Below, in pieces: positions 17,511 through 26,543 of a stretch of DNA of 64,000 nt. How positions within the stretch are numbered: position 1 is the stretch's first letter; the number at the start of each line of letters is the position of its first letter. A model generated the notes under the pieces. The model did not search any database. It was given only the letters and a program-made list of their open reading frames with translations, and was not told the DNA's origin. This DNA is from Clostridia bacterium (GTDB lineage Bacteria > Bacillota > Clostridia > Oscillospirales > JAAYXM01): NCBI GenBank assembly GCA_017559855.1, contig JAFYQP010000058.1, forward strand, positions 615-64,614. The letters run 5' to 3'. The translations under genes and the position numbers were made by a program.

Positions 17511-18860
17511 ATGGCTTTTGAAGGCTTAACCGAAAAACTTTCCGGTGCATTTAAACGTCTGCGTTCTAAAGGTCGCCTTACCGAAAGGGATATTAAAGAG
17601 GCTATGCGTGAAATTCGTATGGCACTTTTGGAAGCCGACGTAAACTATAAGGTCGCGAAGGACTTTATCGCAAAAGTTTCCGAACGTGCGGTGGGTAACT
17701 CCGTTCTTGAAGGACTTAATCCCGCACAACAGGTTGTTAAAATCGTAAATGAAGAACTCGTTGCTCTTATGGGTTCCGAGAATTCAAAACTCAAATTCAA
17801 CTCCAGACCGCCTACTATCGTTATGTTCGTGGGTTTGCAAGGTGCAGGTAAAACAACAAACATTGCAAAACTTGCAAGTTATTTATCCAAAAGCAGAAAC
17901 CGCCCGCTTCTCGTAGCGTGTGACGTGTATCGTCCCGCTGCTATCAAGCAGTTGCAGGTTGTTGGCGAACAACTTGGCATTCCGGTTTTTGAACAAGGGC
18001 AGGGCGATCCGATAAAAATTGCAAAAAATGCAATTGAACACGCAAAAAAATACGGCAATGATCTTGTTTTTATCGATACTGCAGGTCGTCTCCACGTTGA
18101 CGAAGAACTGATGGCAGAACTTCAGGGTATCAAGTCGGCAATAGAGCCGGATGAGATTATACTCGTTCTTGACGCCATGACAGGTCAAGATGCTGTAAAT
18201 GCTGCAAGTACTTTTAATGAGATGCTTGACATTGACGGCGTATTCCTTACAAAACTTGACGGTGATGCTCGTGGCGGTGCGGCACTTTCCGTACGTGCTG
18301 TTACCGGTAAGCCGATTAAGTTTATAGGTGTTGGCGAAAAATTAGACCAGATCGAACCCTTCCACCCTGAACGTATGGCATCCAGAATTCTCGGCATGGG
18401 CGACGTTCTTTCATTCATTGAAAAAGCACAAAACGCCTTTGATGAAAAGCAAGCCGAGGAACTTCAGGAAAAGTTAAAGAAAAACACTTTTACTCTCGCT
18501 GATTTTTATGATCAGATGAAGCAGGTTCGTAAAATGGGTTCCATGACCGATCTTTTGGGTATGATTCCCGGTGTAAAAGCATCTGCACTCCCCGACTCTG
18601 CCACTACCGAAAAGGCACTTTCAAAAACCGAGGCAATCATCCTCTCCATGACTCCTGCCGAGCGTGAAAACGTAAGCGTTATCAACCACTCTCGAAAGAA
18701 GAGGATTGCGGCCGGAAGCGGAACGAAGATTGAGGATGTTAATCGTCTGCTAAAACAGTTTGAAGCATCCCGAAAGATGATGAAGAAACTCACCGGTGAT
18801 CAAATGGATCCCAAGAAGTTGAGACGTCATGGCTTTGGCGGAATGAAATTCCCCTTTTAA
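17511..18860 (+). CDS. ffh: signal recognition particle protein Ffh
   Basis: 449 aa. NG domain with GLQGAGKTT and DTAGR, plus a Met-rich M domain. Confidence 0.97.
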   Translation: MAFEGLTEKLSGAFKRLRSKGRLTERDIKEAMREIRMALLEADVNYKVAKDFIAKVSERAVGNSVLEGLNPAQQVVKIVNEELVALMGSENSKLKFNSRPPTIVMFVGLQGAGKTTNIAKLASYLSKSRNRPLLVACDVYRPAAIKQLQVVGEQLGIPVFEQGQGDPIKIAKNAIEHAKKYGNDLVFIDTAGRLHVDEELMAELQGIKSAIEPDEIILVLDAMTGQDAVNAASTFNEMLDIDGVFLTKLDGDARGGAALSVRAVTGKPIKFIGVGEKLDQIEPFHPERMASRILGMGDVLSFIEKAQNAFDEKQAEELQEKLKKNTFTLADFYDQMKQVRKMGSMTDLLGMIPGVKASALPDSATTEKALSKTEAIILSMTPAERENVSVINHSRKKRIAAGSGTKIEDVNRLLKQFEASRKMMKKLTGDQMDPKKLRRHGFGGMKFPF

Positions 18861-18915
18861 ATCAGTATAATGCAATGCATTAGATAAAGAGAAATCACTT
18901 AGGAGGTGAATATAA

Positions 18916-19155
18916 ATGGTTAAAATCAGACTTCGCAGAATGGGTGCAAAGAAGGCTCCTTTCTATCGTGTAATCGTTGCAGATTCCCGCTCACCGCGTG
19001 ATGGCAGATTCATCGAGGAACTTGGCACATACAATCCCCTTACCGAGCCGGCTGAAATCAAGATTGATACTGAGCGTGCTCTTGAGTGGATGAAGAAGGG
19101 TGCACAGCCCACTGACACTGTTAAGACTCTTCTTAAGCGTGTTGGTGCTCTCTAA
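18916..19155 (+). CDS. rpsP: 30S ribosomal protein S16
   Basis: 79 aa, [34 protein letters not shown]. Confidence 0.97.
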   Translation: MVKIRLRRMGAKKAPFYRVIVADSRSPRDGRFIEELGTYNPLTEPAEIKIDTERALEWMKKGAQPTDTVKTLLKRVGAL

Positions 19156-19175
19156 TGGAAACGAGGTATGAAACA

Positions 19176-19409
19176 ATGGTAGAACTTCTTACCTACATTG
19201 CGAAAAACCTTGTTGACAACCCGGACGAAGTTACCGTTACCGAAAATGTTCGCGAAGACGGTGAACACGTTTTTGAACTCCGTGTTGCTCCTTCCGATAT
19301 GGGCAAGGTTATCGGCAAACATGGTCGCATCGCAAAAGAAATCCGTGCGATTATGAAATCTGCCGCTATTCGCAGAGACATCAAAGTCTCCGTCGATATT
19401 GTCGACTAA
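19176..19409 (+). CDS. KH-domain RNA-binding protein (YlqC-like)
   Basis: VIGKHGRIAKEIR is a KH GxxG motif. I prefer the ATG at 19176 (GAGG 8 nt upstream, N-terminus MVELLTYIAKNLVD). The track start at 19155 is the alternative. Confidence 0.85.
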   Translation: MVELLTYIAKNLVDNPDEVTVTENVREDGEHVFELRVAPSDMGKVIGKHGRIAKEIRAIMKSAAIRRDIKVSVDIVD

Positions 19410-19418
19410 GTAAAGAGA

Positions 19419-19445
19419 AATTGCCTGATTTTAAGTCAGGCAATT
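19419..19445 (+). terminator. hairpin with T-run between the KH-protein gene and rimM (possible attenuating terminator)
   Basis: 10-bp stem aattgcctga/tcaggcaatt followed by cTTTTTT. Confidence 0.6.
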
Positions 19446-19515
19446 CTTTTTTATTTACTTATAAAATTAAATGTGGTAAGATATTCCTATAATTAACTTA
19501 CGGGAGAAATTAAAA

Positions 19516-20013
19516 ATGAAACTTAATCTTTTGGAATCCGGCGAAATAGTAAACACTCACGGCATTCGCGGTGAGGTTAAAATAAATCCGTGGTGCGACT
19601 CCCCCGATTTTCTGCTTGATTTCGATAAATTTTATATAGATGGTAAAGCGGTGCAAGTGCTCGGTGCCCGTGTGCATAAAAACTGCGTACTCGCTGCACT
19701 TAAAGGAATAAATGACATTAACGCCGCTATGGCACTGCGTGGCAAAATCATTTCGGTAAACAAAGACGAAGTTGAACTCGACGAAGGTCAATACTTCATC
19801 TCCGACCTTATCGGGCTTGAGGTATTTGATACCGAATCTGATTCTGTTGCAGGCAAAGTCGTCGACGTTTTAAACCTTCCCGCAAATGATGCGTATGTAG
19901 TGCGTGACGGCGACCTTGAATATATGATTCCGGTAGTTAAGGAGTTCGTTCTAAACGTTGATTTGGCTTCCGGTCGCATTACGGTAAAACTTATTCCCGG
20001 AATGAGAGGATAG
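19516..20013 (+). CDS. rimM: 16S rRNA processing protein RimM
   Basis: 165 aa. GEIVNTHGIRGEVKI and a C-terminal PRC barrel. Conserved position before trmD. Confidence 0.93.
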   Translation: MKLNLLESGEIVNTHGIRGEVKINPWCDSPDFLLDFDKFYIDGKAVQVLGARVHKNCVLAALKGINDINAAMALRGKIISVNKDEVELDEGQYFISDLIGLEVFDTESDSVAGKVVDVLNLPANDAYVVRDGDLEYMIPVVKEFVLNVDLASGRITVKLIPGMRG

Positions 20014-20016
20014 AAT

Positions 20017-20739
20017 ATGCAAATAGATATTATGACACTTTTTCCCGACGCCATAGATGCGATGCTGGGACAGAGCATTTTAGGCCGCGCGCAGGAAAAG
20101 GGCCTTATACGTATAACCGCACATCAGATTCGTGATTACACCACAAATAAGCAAAAGCAGGTAGATGATGCTCCTTACGGCGGCGGTATGGGTATGGTTA
20201 TGAACGCCGATCCCCTTTATCGCACGTGGCATTCCATTATTTCCGCCGCAGGACAGCAGATACATACAATTTATTTATCCCCACAAGGCAAGGTTTTCAA
20301 CCAAACTCATGCAAAACGACTTTTAAACGACTATGACCGTCTTATTCTCGTATGCGGTCATTACGAAGGTATTGACGAGCGATTCATTGAAGAATGTGTT
20401 GACGAAGAAATCTCCATAGGTGACTTCGTTTTAACGGGTGGTGAAATACCCGCCATGGCGGTTGCCGATGCTGTTTGTCGAATGGTGCCCGGTGTTTTAT
20501 CTGACGAGGAATGCTTTACCGAGGAAAGCCATTTTTCAGGTACGCTTGAATACCCGCACTACACCCGCCCCTATGAATGGCACGGCAGGAAGGTTCCGGA
20601 CGTTCTTCTTTCAGGTCACCACGCGAACATTATTTCTTGGAGGAGAAAGCAATCCTTACTCCGCACCAAGGAAAAACGCCCTGATATGTTCGAAAAATTG
20701 GAACTTTCAAAAAAAGACTTAAAACTCCTTGACGAGTAG
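20017..20739 (+). CDS. trmD: tRNA (guanine37-N1)-methyltransferase
   Basis: 240 aa, MQIDIMTLFPD...DDAPYGGGMGMVM...CGHYEGIDERF. Confidence 0.97.
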   Translation: MQIDIMTLFPDAIDAMLGQSILGRAQEKGLIRITAHQIRDYTTNKQKQVDDAPYGGGMGMVMNADPLYRTWHSIISAAGQQIHTIYLSPQGKVFNQTHAKRLLNDYDRLILVCGHYEGIDERFIEECVDEEISIGDFVLTGGEIPAMAVADAVCRMVPGVLSDEECFTEESHFSGTLEYPHYTRPYEWHGRKVPDVLLSGHHANIISWRRKQSLLRTKEKRPDMFEKLELSKKDLKLLDE

Positions 20740-20776
20740 TTTTTCGGTGATATAATAAACCACGAGGTGATTACTA

Positions 20777-21667
20777 ATGTTAGTTAAAAAAATTGATATT
20801 CACGTACACTGTGCCCTTGAGAAAGAAGTTCCCCGTTTTTGGGGCGACGGTGACGATTTTGCAACTCCCGATGAGATGCGTGTTATGTGGGACAGATGGG
20901 GTATAGAAAAAGGCCTCCAACTTCCCGTAATAACCTCTGATCACACAACTCATCCCCTTACCAACCAAGAGGCTATCCACTTAGTTGAGCAGTATCCTGA
21001 TATGTTCTATTGGTTCTGTAACGTTGATCCCCGTTGGGGCGAAAACAACGATAAGACCGACCATTCACAGTACTTAAATTGGTACAAGGCTCGTGGTGCT
21101 AAAGGTGTTGGTGAAATCACAAGCAATATGTATTTTGATGATCCCATTGTTTGGAACTTGTTCCGTCACGCAGAGAAATGTGAAATGCCCATCCTTTTCC
21201 ACATTGGAAATATGGGTAGCGATTACGGCTTGGTTGACGAGTTAGGCCTTCCCCGATTGGAAAAGACTCTCAAAGAGTTCCCCAACCTTCTCTTCATCGG
21301 TCATTCACAGAAATTCTGGGCTGAAATCTCCGGCGACTGTACCGAAGAAGGCAGAAACGGTTATCCCGAAGGCAAAGTTGCTCCCGGTGGTCGTGTTGTT
21401 GAACTTCTTGATAAATACCCCAACTTGCACGGTGATCTCTCCGCAGGAAGCGGCGGTAACGCAATTATGCGTGATGAAGAATTCGGCCTTTGGTTCTTGG
21501 AAAAATATCAGGACAGACTTTATTTCGGCACTGATATTTGCTCACCTAAAAACGTTTTCTTACTCCCCGACTATCTTGATGAATGTGTAAAGAGCGGCAA
21601 ACTTTCCGTTACCGCATATAACAAAATCTGTCGCGAAAACGCACTCAGATTACTTGAAGGTAAATAA
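20777..21667 (+). CDS. amidohydrolase family protein (metal-dependent TIM-barrel hydrolase)
   Basis: 296 aa. It has the N-terminal IDIHVH motif, later FHIG, GHSQ and GTD. It occupies the slot usually held by rplS after trmD. Confidence 0.75.
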   Translation: MLVKKIDIHVHCALEKEVPRFWGDGDDFATPDEMRVMWDRWGIEKGLQLPVITSDHTTHPLTNQEAIHLVEQYPDMFYWFCNVDPRWGENNDKTDHSQYLNWYKARGAKGVGEITSNMYFDDPIVWNLFRHAEKCEMPILFHIGNMGSDYGLVDELGLPRLEKTLKEFPNLLFIGHSQKFWAEISGDCTEEGRNGYPEGKVAPGGRVVELLDKYPNLHGDLSAGSGGNAIMRDEEFGLWFLEKYQDRLYFGTDICSPKNVFLLPDYLDECVKSGKLSVTAYNKICRENALRLLEGK

Positions 21668-21726
21668 AAAAATCCCCATCTGTTATTCTGGCAGATGGGG
21701 AAAAATATTAAAAGAGAGTGTTTGCT

Positions 21727-22908
21727 ATGAAACTTAAAAATTTCGCAATAGTTCTTTTCGTCTGTATTATGATGTTTTCTACATCGGCATCTGCACTTAC
21801 AATCACGGTTGTGCCCAGTGACAGAACTACCTTTTCAGATGTCCCGTCAAGTCATTGGGCGTATAGATACGTAATGACAATGGCGGACAAAGGCATCCTT
21901 AAAGGAACAAGTACTCCGGTAAACGGTGTGGGTACTTATTCTCCAAACGGCAAGGTTACCGTTGGCGAGTTTCTGACAATTGCAACGCGCCTTGTAGCAT
22001 CAAACAATATAAAAACGAGTGGTAATTTCCCCCATTGGGCAATCCCCTATTACCATGCAGCGGTGAGTGTCGGACTAATTACATCTGATCAATTTGACTG
22101 CACATCATACGTTCTCAACACTCCGATATCAAGAGAGGATATGGCAAGTATTTTGGTTGAAGTCGCACGGGTTAACGGCGAAACTTTACACATCACACCC
22201 GACATCGAATATAATATGTTAGACTACAACACAATCACTGATGATAAAAAGGACGCCGTGTGTGCAGCATATTCAAACGGGCTTTTAACCGGCAAAAGCG
22301 GCCATTTATTTGCACCTAAAGACAATTTGACTCGTGCTGAAGTTGCCACGGTTTTCTGTCGTGTAATGAATTATATTGAACGCGAAAAGGTTGTTCTCAC
22401 CTACGTTGGCACAGAACGTGGTAAATACGTTGTTACCGAGCCCGTGGAAACACAAAACATGTTACGCCCCGTTTATTCTGTACAGTTTGGCAAAGATGCA
22501 CTTAACGGTGTACGCTACGGTGTTGACGAAAAAGGCATTTATGTTGAAGTAACCGCACCCATTTTACCGAATGTAATTAACGACGAATACTTTTTTGACT
22601 ATTCCTTTGATGTATACAGAGCAAATGGCGATTACTTTGCCGAGGGAATATGGTTTATATTAAAACCGGGAGAATCGGCAAAAGCACATTTCGTATCTTT
22701 TGAAGAGACAAGTGTATCCCTTAAAATGCTTGGTAATGGTTATGCCAAGGCGGGTGTCATGATTATGAGTAACAAAACCAACAGATACCCCATATTCACG
22801 GCTAACAACCTTTATCCCAACAGAATGGTCATCCAAAGGTCCGATAATATGAGTGTCGAGGCGGTAGACTATAACAGCAGTCACATTTGGAAAGGCATCG
22901 GAAAATAA
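21727..22908 (+). CDS. secreted SLH-domain protein (three N-terminal SLH repeats plus an unknown C-terminal domain)
   Basis: Signal peptide MKLKNFAIVLFVCIMMFSTSASA. SLH-like repeats FSDVPSSHWAYRYVMTMADKGILKG, HWAIPYYHAAVSVGLIT and AYSNGLLTGKSGHLFAPKDNLTRAEVATV. GTG 21718 is an alternative start. Confidence 0.8.
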   Translation: MKLKNFAIVLFVCIMMFSTSASALTITVVPSDRTTFSDVPSSHWAYRYVMTMADKGILKGTSTPVNGVGTYSPNGKVTVGEFLTIATRLVASNNIKTSGNFPHWAIPYYHAAVSVGLITSDQFDCTSYVLNTPISREDMASILVEVARVNGETLHITPDIEYNMLDYNTITDDKKDAVCAAYSNGLLTGKSGHLFAPKDNLTRAEVATVFCRVMNYIEREKVVLTYVGTERGKYVVTEPVETQNMLRPVYSVQFGKDALNGVRYGVDEKGIYVEVTAPILPNVINDEYFFDYSFDVYRANGDYFAEGIWFILKPGESAKAHFVSFEETSVSLKMLGNGYAKAGVMIMSNKTNRYPIFTANNLYPNRMVIQRSDNMSVEAVDYNSSHIWKGIGK

Positions 22909-22911
22909 AAC

Positions 22912-22940
22912 AAACCCGCAAGATTTTATCTTGCGGGTTT
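22912..22940. terminator. bidirectional intrinsic terminator
   Basis: 12-bp stem aaacccgcaaga/tcttgcgggttt between convergent genes, with T-runs on both strands. Confidence 0.75.
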
Positions 22941-22956
22941 ATTTTATTTGTTTAAA

Positions 22957-24270
22957 TTACTTGCCCTGCTGCATTTCAGCAACTGACTCAAGTACGGCAT
23001 TTGCCATGTACTCAAGTTGCTCGTCGCTTAAGCCGTAAAGCGGTAAGTGAGTAAATCTCTTGTAGAATACTTCCTCACAGTTGGGGCAGGTCTTTGCGAT
23101 TTCGTCAGGATCGAAACCTAATAAATCGCTTACAACCTTGAAGCGGTAAAGCGGACCGAAGTGAGCGATCTGGGTAACACCCTTCTCTTCAAGTTTCTTC
23201 TTAAGAACCTGAATATCTCCGCCTGCCTTAGCCGGATCAATCTGTAATAAGTAAAGATGGAATGAAGGTCTGATATTCTCATTACCTAAATCCTGCGGGA
23301 TGATAGCATCGTTTGCCGCAAATCTCTCGGTGAGGTACTTAGCAGCAGCGGTACGCTTTGCAAGAATTTCCTCATTTCTTGCTACCTGTAAACTAAGGCC
23401 TAAGCCCTGAATTTCGGTAGTAGAAGAGTTACCTGCCATAAAGGGCTTCTCTTTACCCTGAATAGGAGTAATGTTGTAGAGCCAATCCTTAATCGGGCAG
23501 CTGAAGTCGAGACCTAAGAAACGTGCTCTCTTCATATCGGGACCGAAACCGGGAATGGTGGTAGTAAGAATACCGCCCTCACCGAATGAGGTGATGTTCT
23601 TAACCTCGTGCATTGAGAATGCAGCGAAGTCACCGATTGTACCGATCTTCTTGCCCTTATACATTGCACCGAATGCATGAGCAGCGTCCTCAAGAACGAG
23701 GATGTCATGCTTTCTTGCGAGTTCCATAATCGGATCCATATCAACAGGATAGCCGCCGATATGTACCGGAACAATCATCTTGGTTTTATCGGTAATCTTG
23801 CGTGCAACGTCTGCAGGATCCATATTGATGGTCTTGGGATCAACGTCTGCAAAAACAAGTTTACAACCGATTGCAAGAGGATATGCCATAGTAGCAACGA
23901 AGGTGATTGCAGGAACGATAACTTCATCGCCTGCCTTTAAGTTTGCATACTTGTATGCAATCTCAAAACCTGCGGTTGCGTTGGTAACAAATGTGGAGGT
24001 ATCTGTGCCGAGGTATGCGTTACATGCTTCCTCTGCTTCTTCTACCTTGCTGCCAAGGGAGAGTTTGCCCGGAGGTGTTGCAAGAGCATCAAGTTTCTTA
24101 ACCTGCTCCCAAACTGCCTCAAGTGCAGCATCATATTCCTTACCCTCACCCTGCATTAAGAAGCGGATGATTTCCATAAGGTCGTTTACATTGTAGTTTT
24201 CTCCGACTGCAGCCCACGGTACTTTGGTAGCACCAGTGTTGTATCTGAAGTCTGTAGTTTTCTTTGCCAT
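22957..24270 (-). CDS. DegT/DnrJ/EryC1/StrS-family PLP aminotransferase (third paralog in the window)
   Basis: 437 aa from MAKKTTDF (ATG 24270, AAGGAG 9 nt upstream). PLP-lysine region FSMHEVKNITSFGEGGIL. Confidence 0.85.
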   Translation of the reverse strand: MAKKTTDFRYNTGATKVPWAAVGENYNVNDLMEIIRFLMQGEGKEYDAALEAVWEQVKKLDALATPPGKLSLGSKVEEAEEACNAYLGTDTSTFVTNATAGFEIAYKYANLKAGDEVIVPAITFVATMAYPLAIGCKLVFADVDPKTINMDPADVARKITDKTKMIVPVHIGGYPVDMDPIMELARKHDILVLEDAAHAFGAMYKGKKIGTIGDFAAFSMHEVKNITSFGEGGILTTTIPGFGPDMKRARFLGLDFSCPIKDWLYNITPIQGKEKPFMAGNSSTTEIQGLGLSLQVARNEEILAKRTAAAKYLTERFAANDAIIPQDLGNENIRPSFHLYLLQIDPAKAGGDIQVLKKKLEEKGVTQIAHFGPLYRFKVVSDLLGFDPDEIAKTCPNCEEVFYKRFTHLPLYGLSDEQLEYMANAVLESVAEMQQGK

Positions 24271-24285
24271 AACTAACAACTCCTT

Positions 24286-24840
24286 TTAATTTTTTCTGTA
24301 TTCTTTTCTACCTGTTTCAAACAGGTTGTTTCCAAAGGTATCAATTGCGACGGTTGCCGGGAAATTCTCCACCGTCATTTTTTTAACCGACTCGCAGCCA
24401 AGTTCGTCAAAAGCAATAACTTCTGCTTCTTTAATTGCCTTTGCAACAATTGCACCTGCACCGCCTACTGCACAAAGGTAAACAGCACCAAACTGCTTCA
24501 TTGCATCGACAACACCCGCATCACGTTCACCTTTACCTATCATACAAGTAAGTCCAAGTTGTATAAGGCGTGGAGCGAATCCGTCCATTCGTCCGGATGT
24601 TGTAGGGCCACAAGCACCGACAGGTCTGCCTCCGTGTCCCGGTGTGGGACCTGCGTAATATATTGCCGCACCTTCAAGTTCGAAAGGGAGTTCTTTTCCC
24701 GCATCAAGCAGTTCAAAAAGTTTCTTGTGTGCGGCATCTCGTGACGTATATATTGTACCGGTAAGAGATACCGTGTCTCCCGCTTTCAGCGTGGTGAGCA
24801 TTCCTTCAAGTTCGCTTGTATGTAAATCATAATGTGCCAT
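24286..24840 (-). CDS. Fe-S-type hydro-lyase beta subunit (class I fumarate hydratase / L(+)-tartrate dehydratase C-terminal domain)
   Basis: 184 aa. The pattern GTIYTSRDAAHKKL...IYYAGPTPG...GPTTSGRMD...MIGKGER matches the FumA C-terminal/TtdB family. Confidence 0.85.
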   Translation of the reverse strand: MAHYDLHTSELEGMLTTLKAGDTVSLTGTIYTSRDAAHKKLFELLDAGKELPFELEGAAIYYAGPTPGHGGRPVGACGPTTSGRMDGFAPRLIQLGLTCMIGKGERDAGVVDAMKQFGAVYLCAVGGAGAIVAKAIKEAEVIAFDELGCESVKKMTVENFPATVAIDTFGNNLFETGRKEYRKN

Positions 24841-24845
24841 AGGGT

Positions 24846-25616
24846 TTACTTATCCTCCCTGATGCTCTTGCAATCTGCAACAAGCACATTGAGTGCATCT
24901 TCAACGTTGAGGCTAGAATCAGACAAACTGTCAATTTCACGTGCAAGTTCAGTAACAACCGCTTTGAAACCAACTTTAAAATCGCCAACTGCACTCTTCG
25001 TATTCTCATAGGATGCTGCCATTTTTGCAACAAGTGCCTCAATTTCACAAATCACCATTTCACGGTGTTCTTCAAGTTTTCGTTTTTCATCTTCTATGTA
25101 TTCTTTATGTGCCGCACGTTCTTCTTCCATACGTGCTTTTGCAGTTTCCTCTATCTGCTCTGAACGCTTTCTTGCATCAAGTTCAAGATTTGCAATCTGC
25201 TCTTTATTACGTCTGACCTCCTGCTCGTGCGACTGGTACTGTGCAATTTTTGCATCCCTTGCAGAAACCTCATTTCTAAGATTTGAAATTTCCTCCTCAA
25301 GGGTTTCCTTCTCACTTTTAACAGTACTAAACTCCTCTTTTAAAGCGTCAAGTTGTGCCTTTGTTATTTCACCATCTTCCGCTTTTACTGAAAGTTCGTC
25401 AACACTTGCATTAAGTTCTTTAATTTTCTTCTGATCCTCTGCACTCTTCCGTTCCATTTCGGTAATCTTATTCTGTGCAGATTCAATCTCACTTCTAAGG
25501 GCTTCAACTTCTCGTGCGTGTTCTTCCGCTAATTCCGCAATATATGTTGCAACGTCTTCACGTTTGAAGCCACCCATAAACGATTTTTTAAAGAGTTTCT
25601 TTGATGTGTTATCCAT
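24846..25616 (-). CDS. DivIVA-domain coiled-coil protein
   Basis: N-terminal FKKSFMGGFKREDVATYIAEL (DivIVA-like), followed by about 200 aa of E/K-rich heptads. I prefer the ATG at 25616 to the GTG at 25631. Confidence 0.7.
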   Translation of the reverse strand: MDNTSKKLFKKSFMGGFKREDVATYIAELAEEHAREVEALRSEIESAQNKITEMERKSAEDQKKIKELNASVDELSVKAEDGEITKAQLDALKEEFSTVKSEKETLEEEISNLRNEVSARDAKIAQYQSHEQEVRRNKEQIANLELDARKRSEQIEETAKARMEEERAAHKEYIEDEKRKLEEHREMVICEIEALVAKMAASYENTKSAVGDFKVGFKAVVTELAREIDSLSDSSLNVEDALNVLVADCKSIREDK

Positions 25617-25676
25617 CCTGATAACCCCCACTCACTTTGTATTTAATATTATATCACAAATTTTCTCGCCTTGCAA

Positions 25677-26543
25677 TCAAAAAATTGTACAAGTTTTTGC
25701 AATATAGGTTTCTTTGTACTTCTCCTTTAAACTCTGACACGCAAGTTTAGCCTTTTCCTCATCGTCGAAGATACCAAACGTCGTACTTCCGCTACCACTC
25801 ATAACCGCACCAAGTGCACCGAAGGAGAGTAATTTTTCTTCTATGGTTGTAATACTTTTCTTCTCACTTGCAACGATTTCCTCAAGAACGTTGTACATAT
25901 TTTCCGCTATTTCACGCACGTTTTGTGCATCAAGTGCCGCAATAACTCTGTCGGTATCCGGATGTTTTGCAATCTCGTCAACTTTAAGTGAGCCAAAAAC
26001 CTTTGCGGTAGACATACCATAACCCGGTTTACAAAGAACGATGTAACATTCGGGCATTGCAGTAAGCGGTGTCAGAATCTCACCTACCCCTTCTGCAAGC
26101 ATAGTTCCGCCACATATGCAGAAAGGTACGTCCGCACCTACTTTAAGTCCGATACTGCAAAGTTCCTCCATGCTAAGCCCCGCATTATAAAGTTTGTTCA
26201 ATGCACGCAGAACCGCCGCACCGTCGGTACTTCCACCCGCAAGACCTGCGGCTACCGGAATATTTTTCTCTATGGCTATGTGAACGCCGTCACACTCAAT
26301 ACCGGTTGCGTCAAAAAACGCACGTGCGGCTTTTACCGCAATATTGCGGTCATCGTCGGGTAAATAGCCTAAATTACTTACAGACTTAATACCTTCACCC
26401 GTACCGATTCGCACGGCAATATTATCGTGCAACGTAACGGTTTGCATAATCATTTTCAAATCGTGATAGCCATCAGGACGCTTTGCAATAACGTCGAGCG
26501 TTAAGTTTATCTTAGCGTACGCTTTTTCAAAACAATGCTTCAT
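25677..26543 (-). CDS. ispE: 4-diphosphocytidyl-2-C-methyl-D-erythritol kinase
   Basis: 288 aa. AKINLTLDV and the GHMP kinase motif PVAAGLAGGSTDGAA. Confidence 0.95.
   Translation of the reverse strand: MKHCFEKAYAKINLTLDVIAKRPDGYHDLKMIMQTVTLHDNIAVRIGTGEGIKSVSNLGYLPDDDRNIAVKAARAFFDATGIECDGVHIAIEKNIPVAAGLAGGSTDGAAVLRALNKLYNAGLSMEELCSIGLKVGADVPFCICGGTMLAEGVGEILTPLTAMPECYIVLCKPGYGMSTAKVFGSLKVDEIAKHPDTDRVIAALDAQNVREIAENMYNVLEEIVASEKKSITTIEEKLLSFGALGAVMSGSGSTTFGIFDDEEKAKLACQSLKEKYKETYIAKTCTIF

Noticed and set aside
21674-21700. Hairpin after the trmD-linked amidohydrolase as an intrinsic terminator
   Set aside because: The 9-bp GC-rich stem is real, but the U-run lies on the wrong (upstream) side for the + strand genes. 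It is not listed as a confident terminator and may only be a weak or RNA-stabilising structure.
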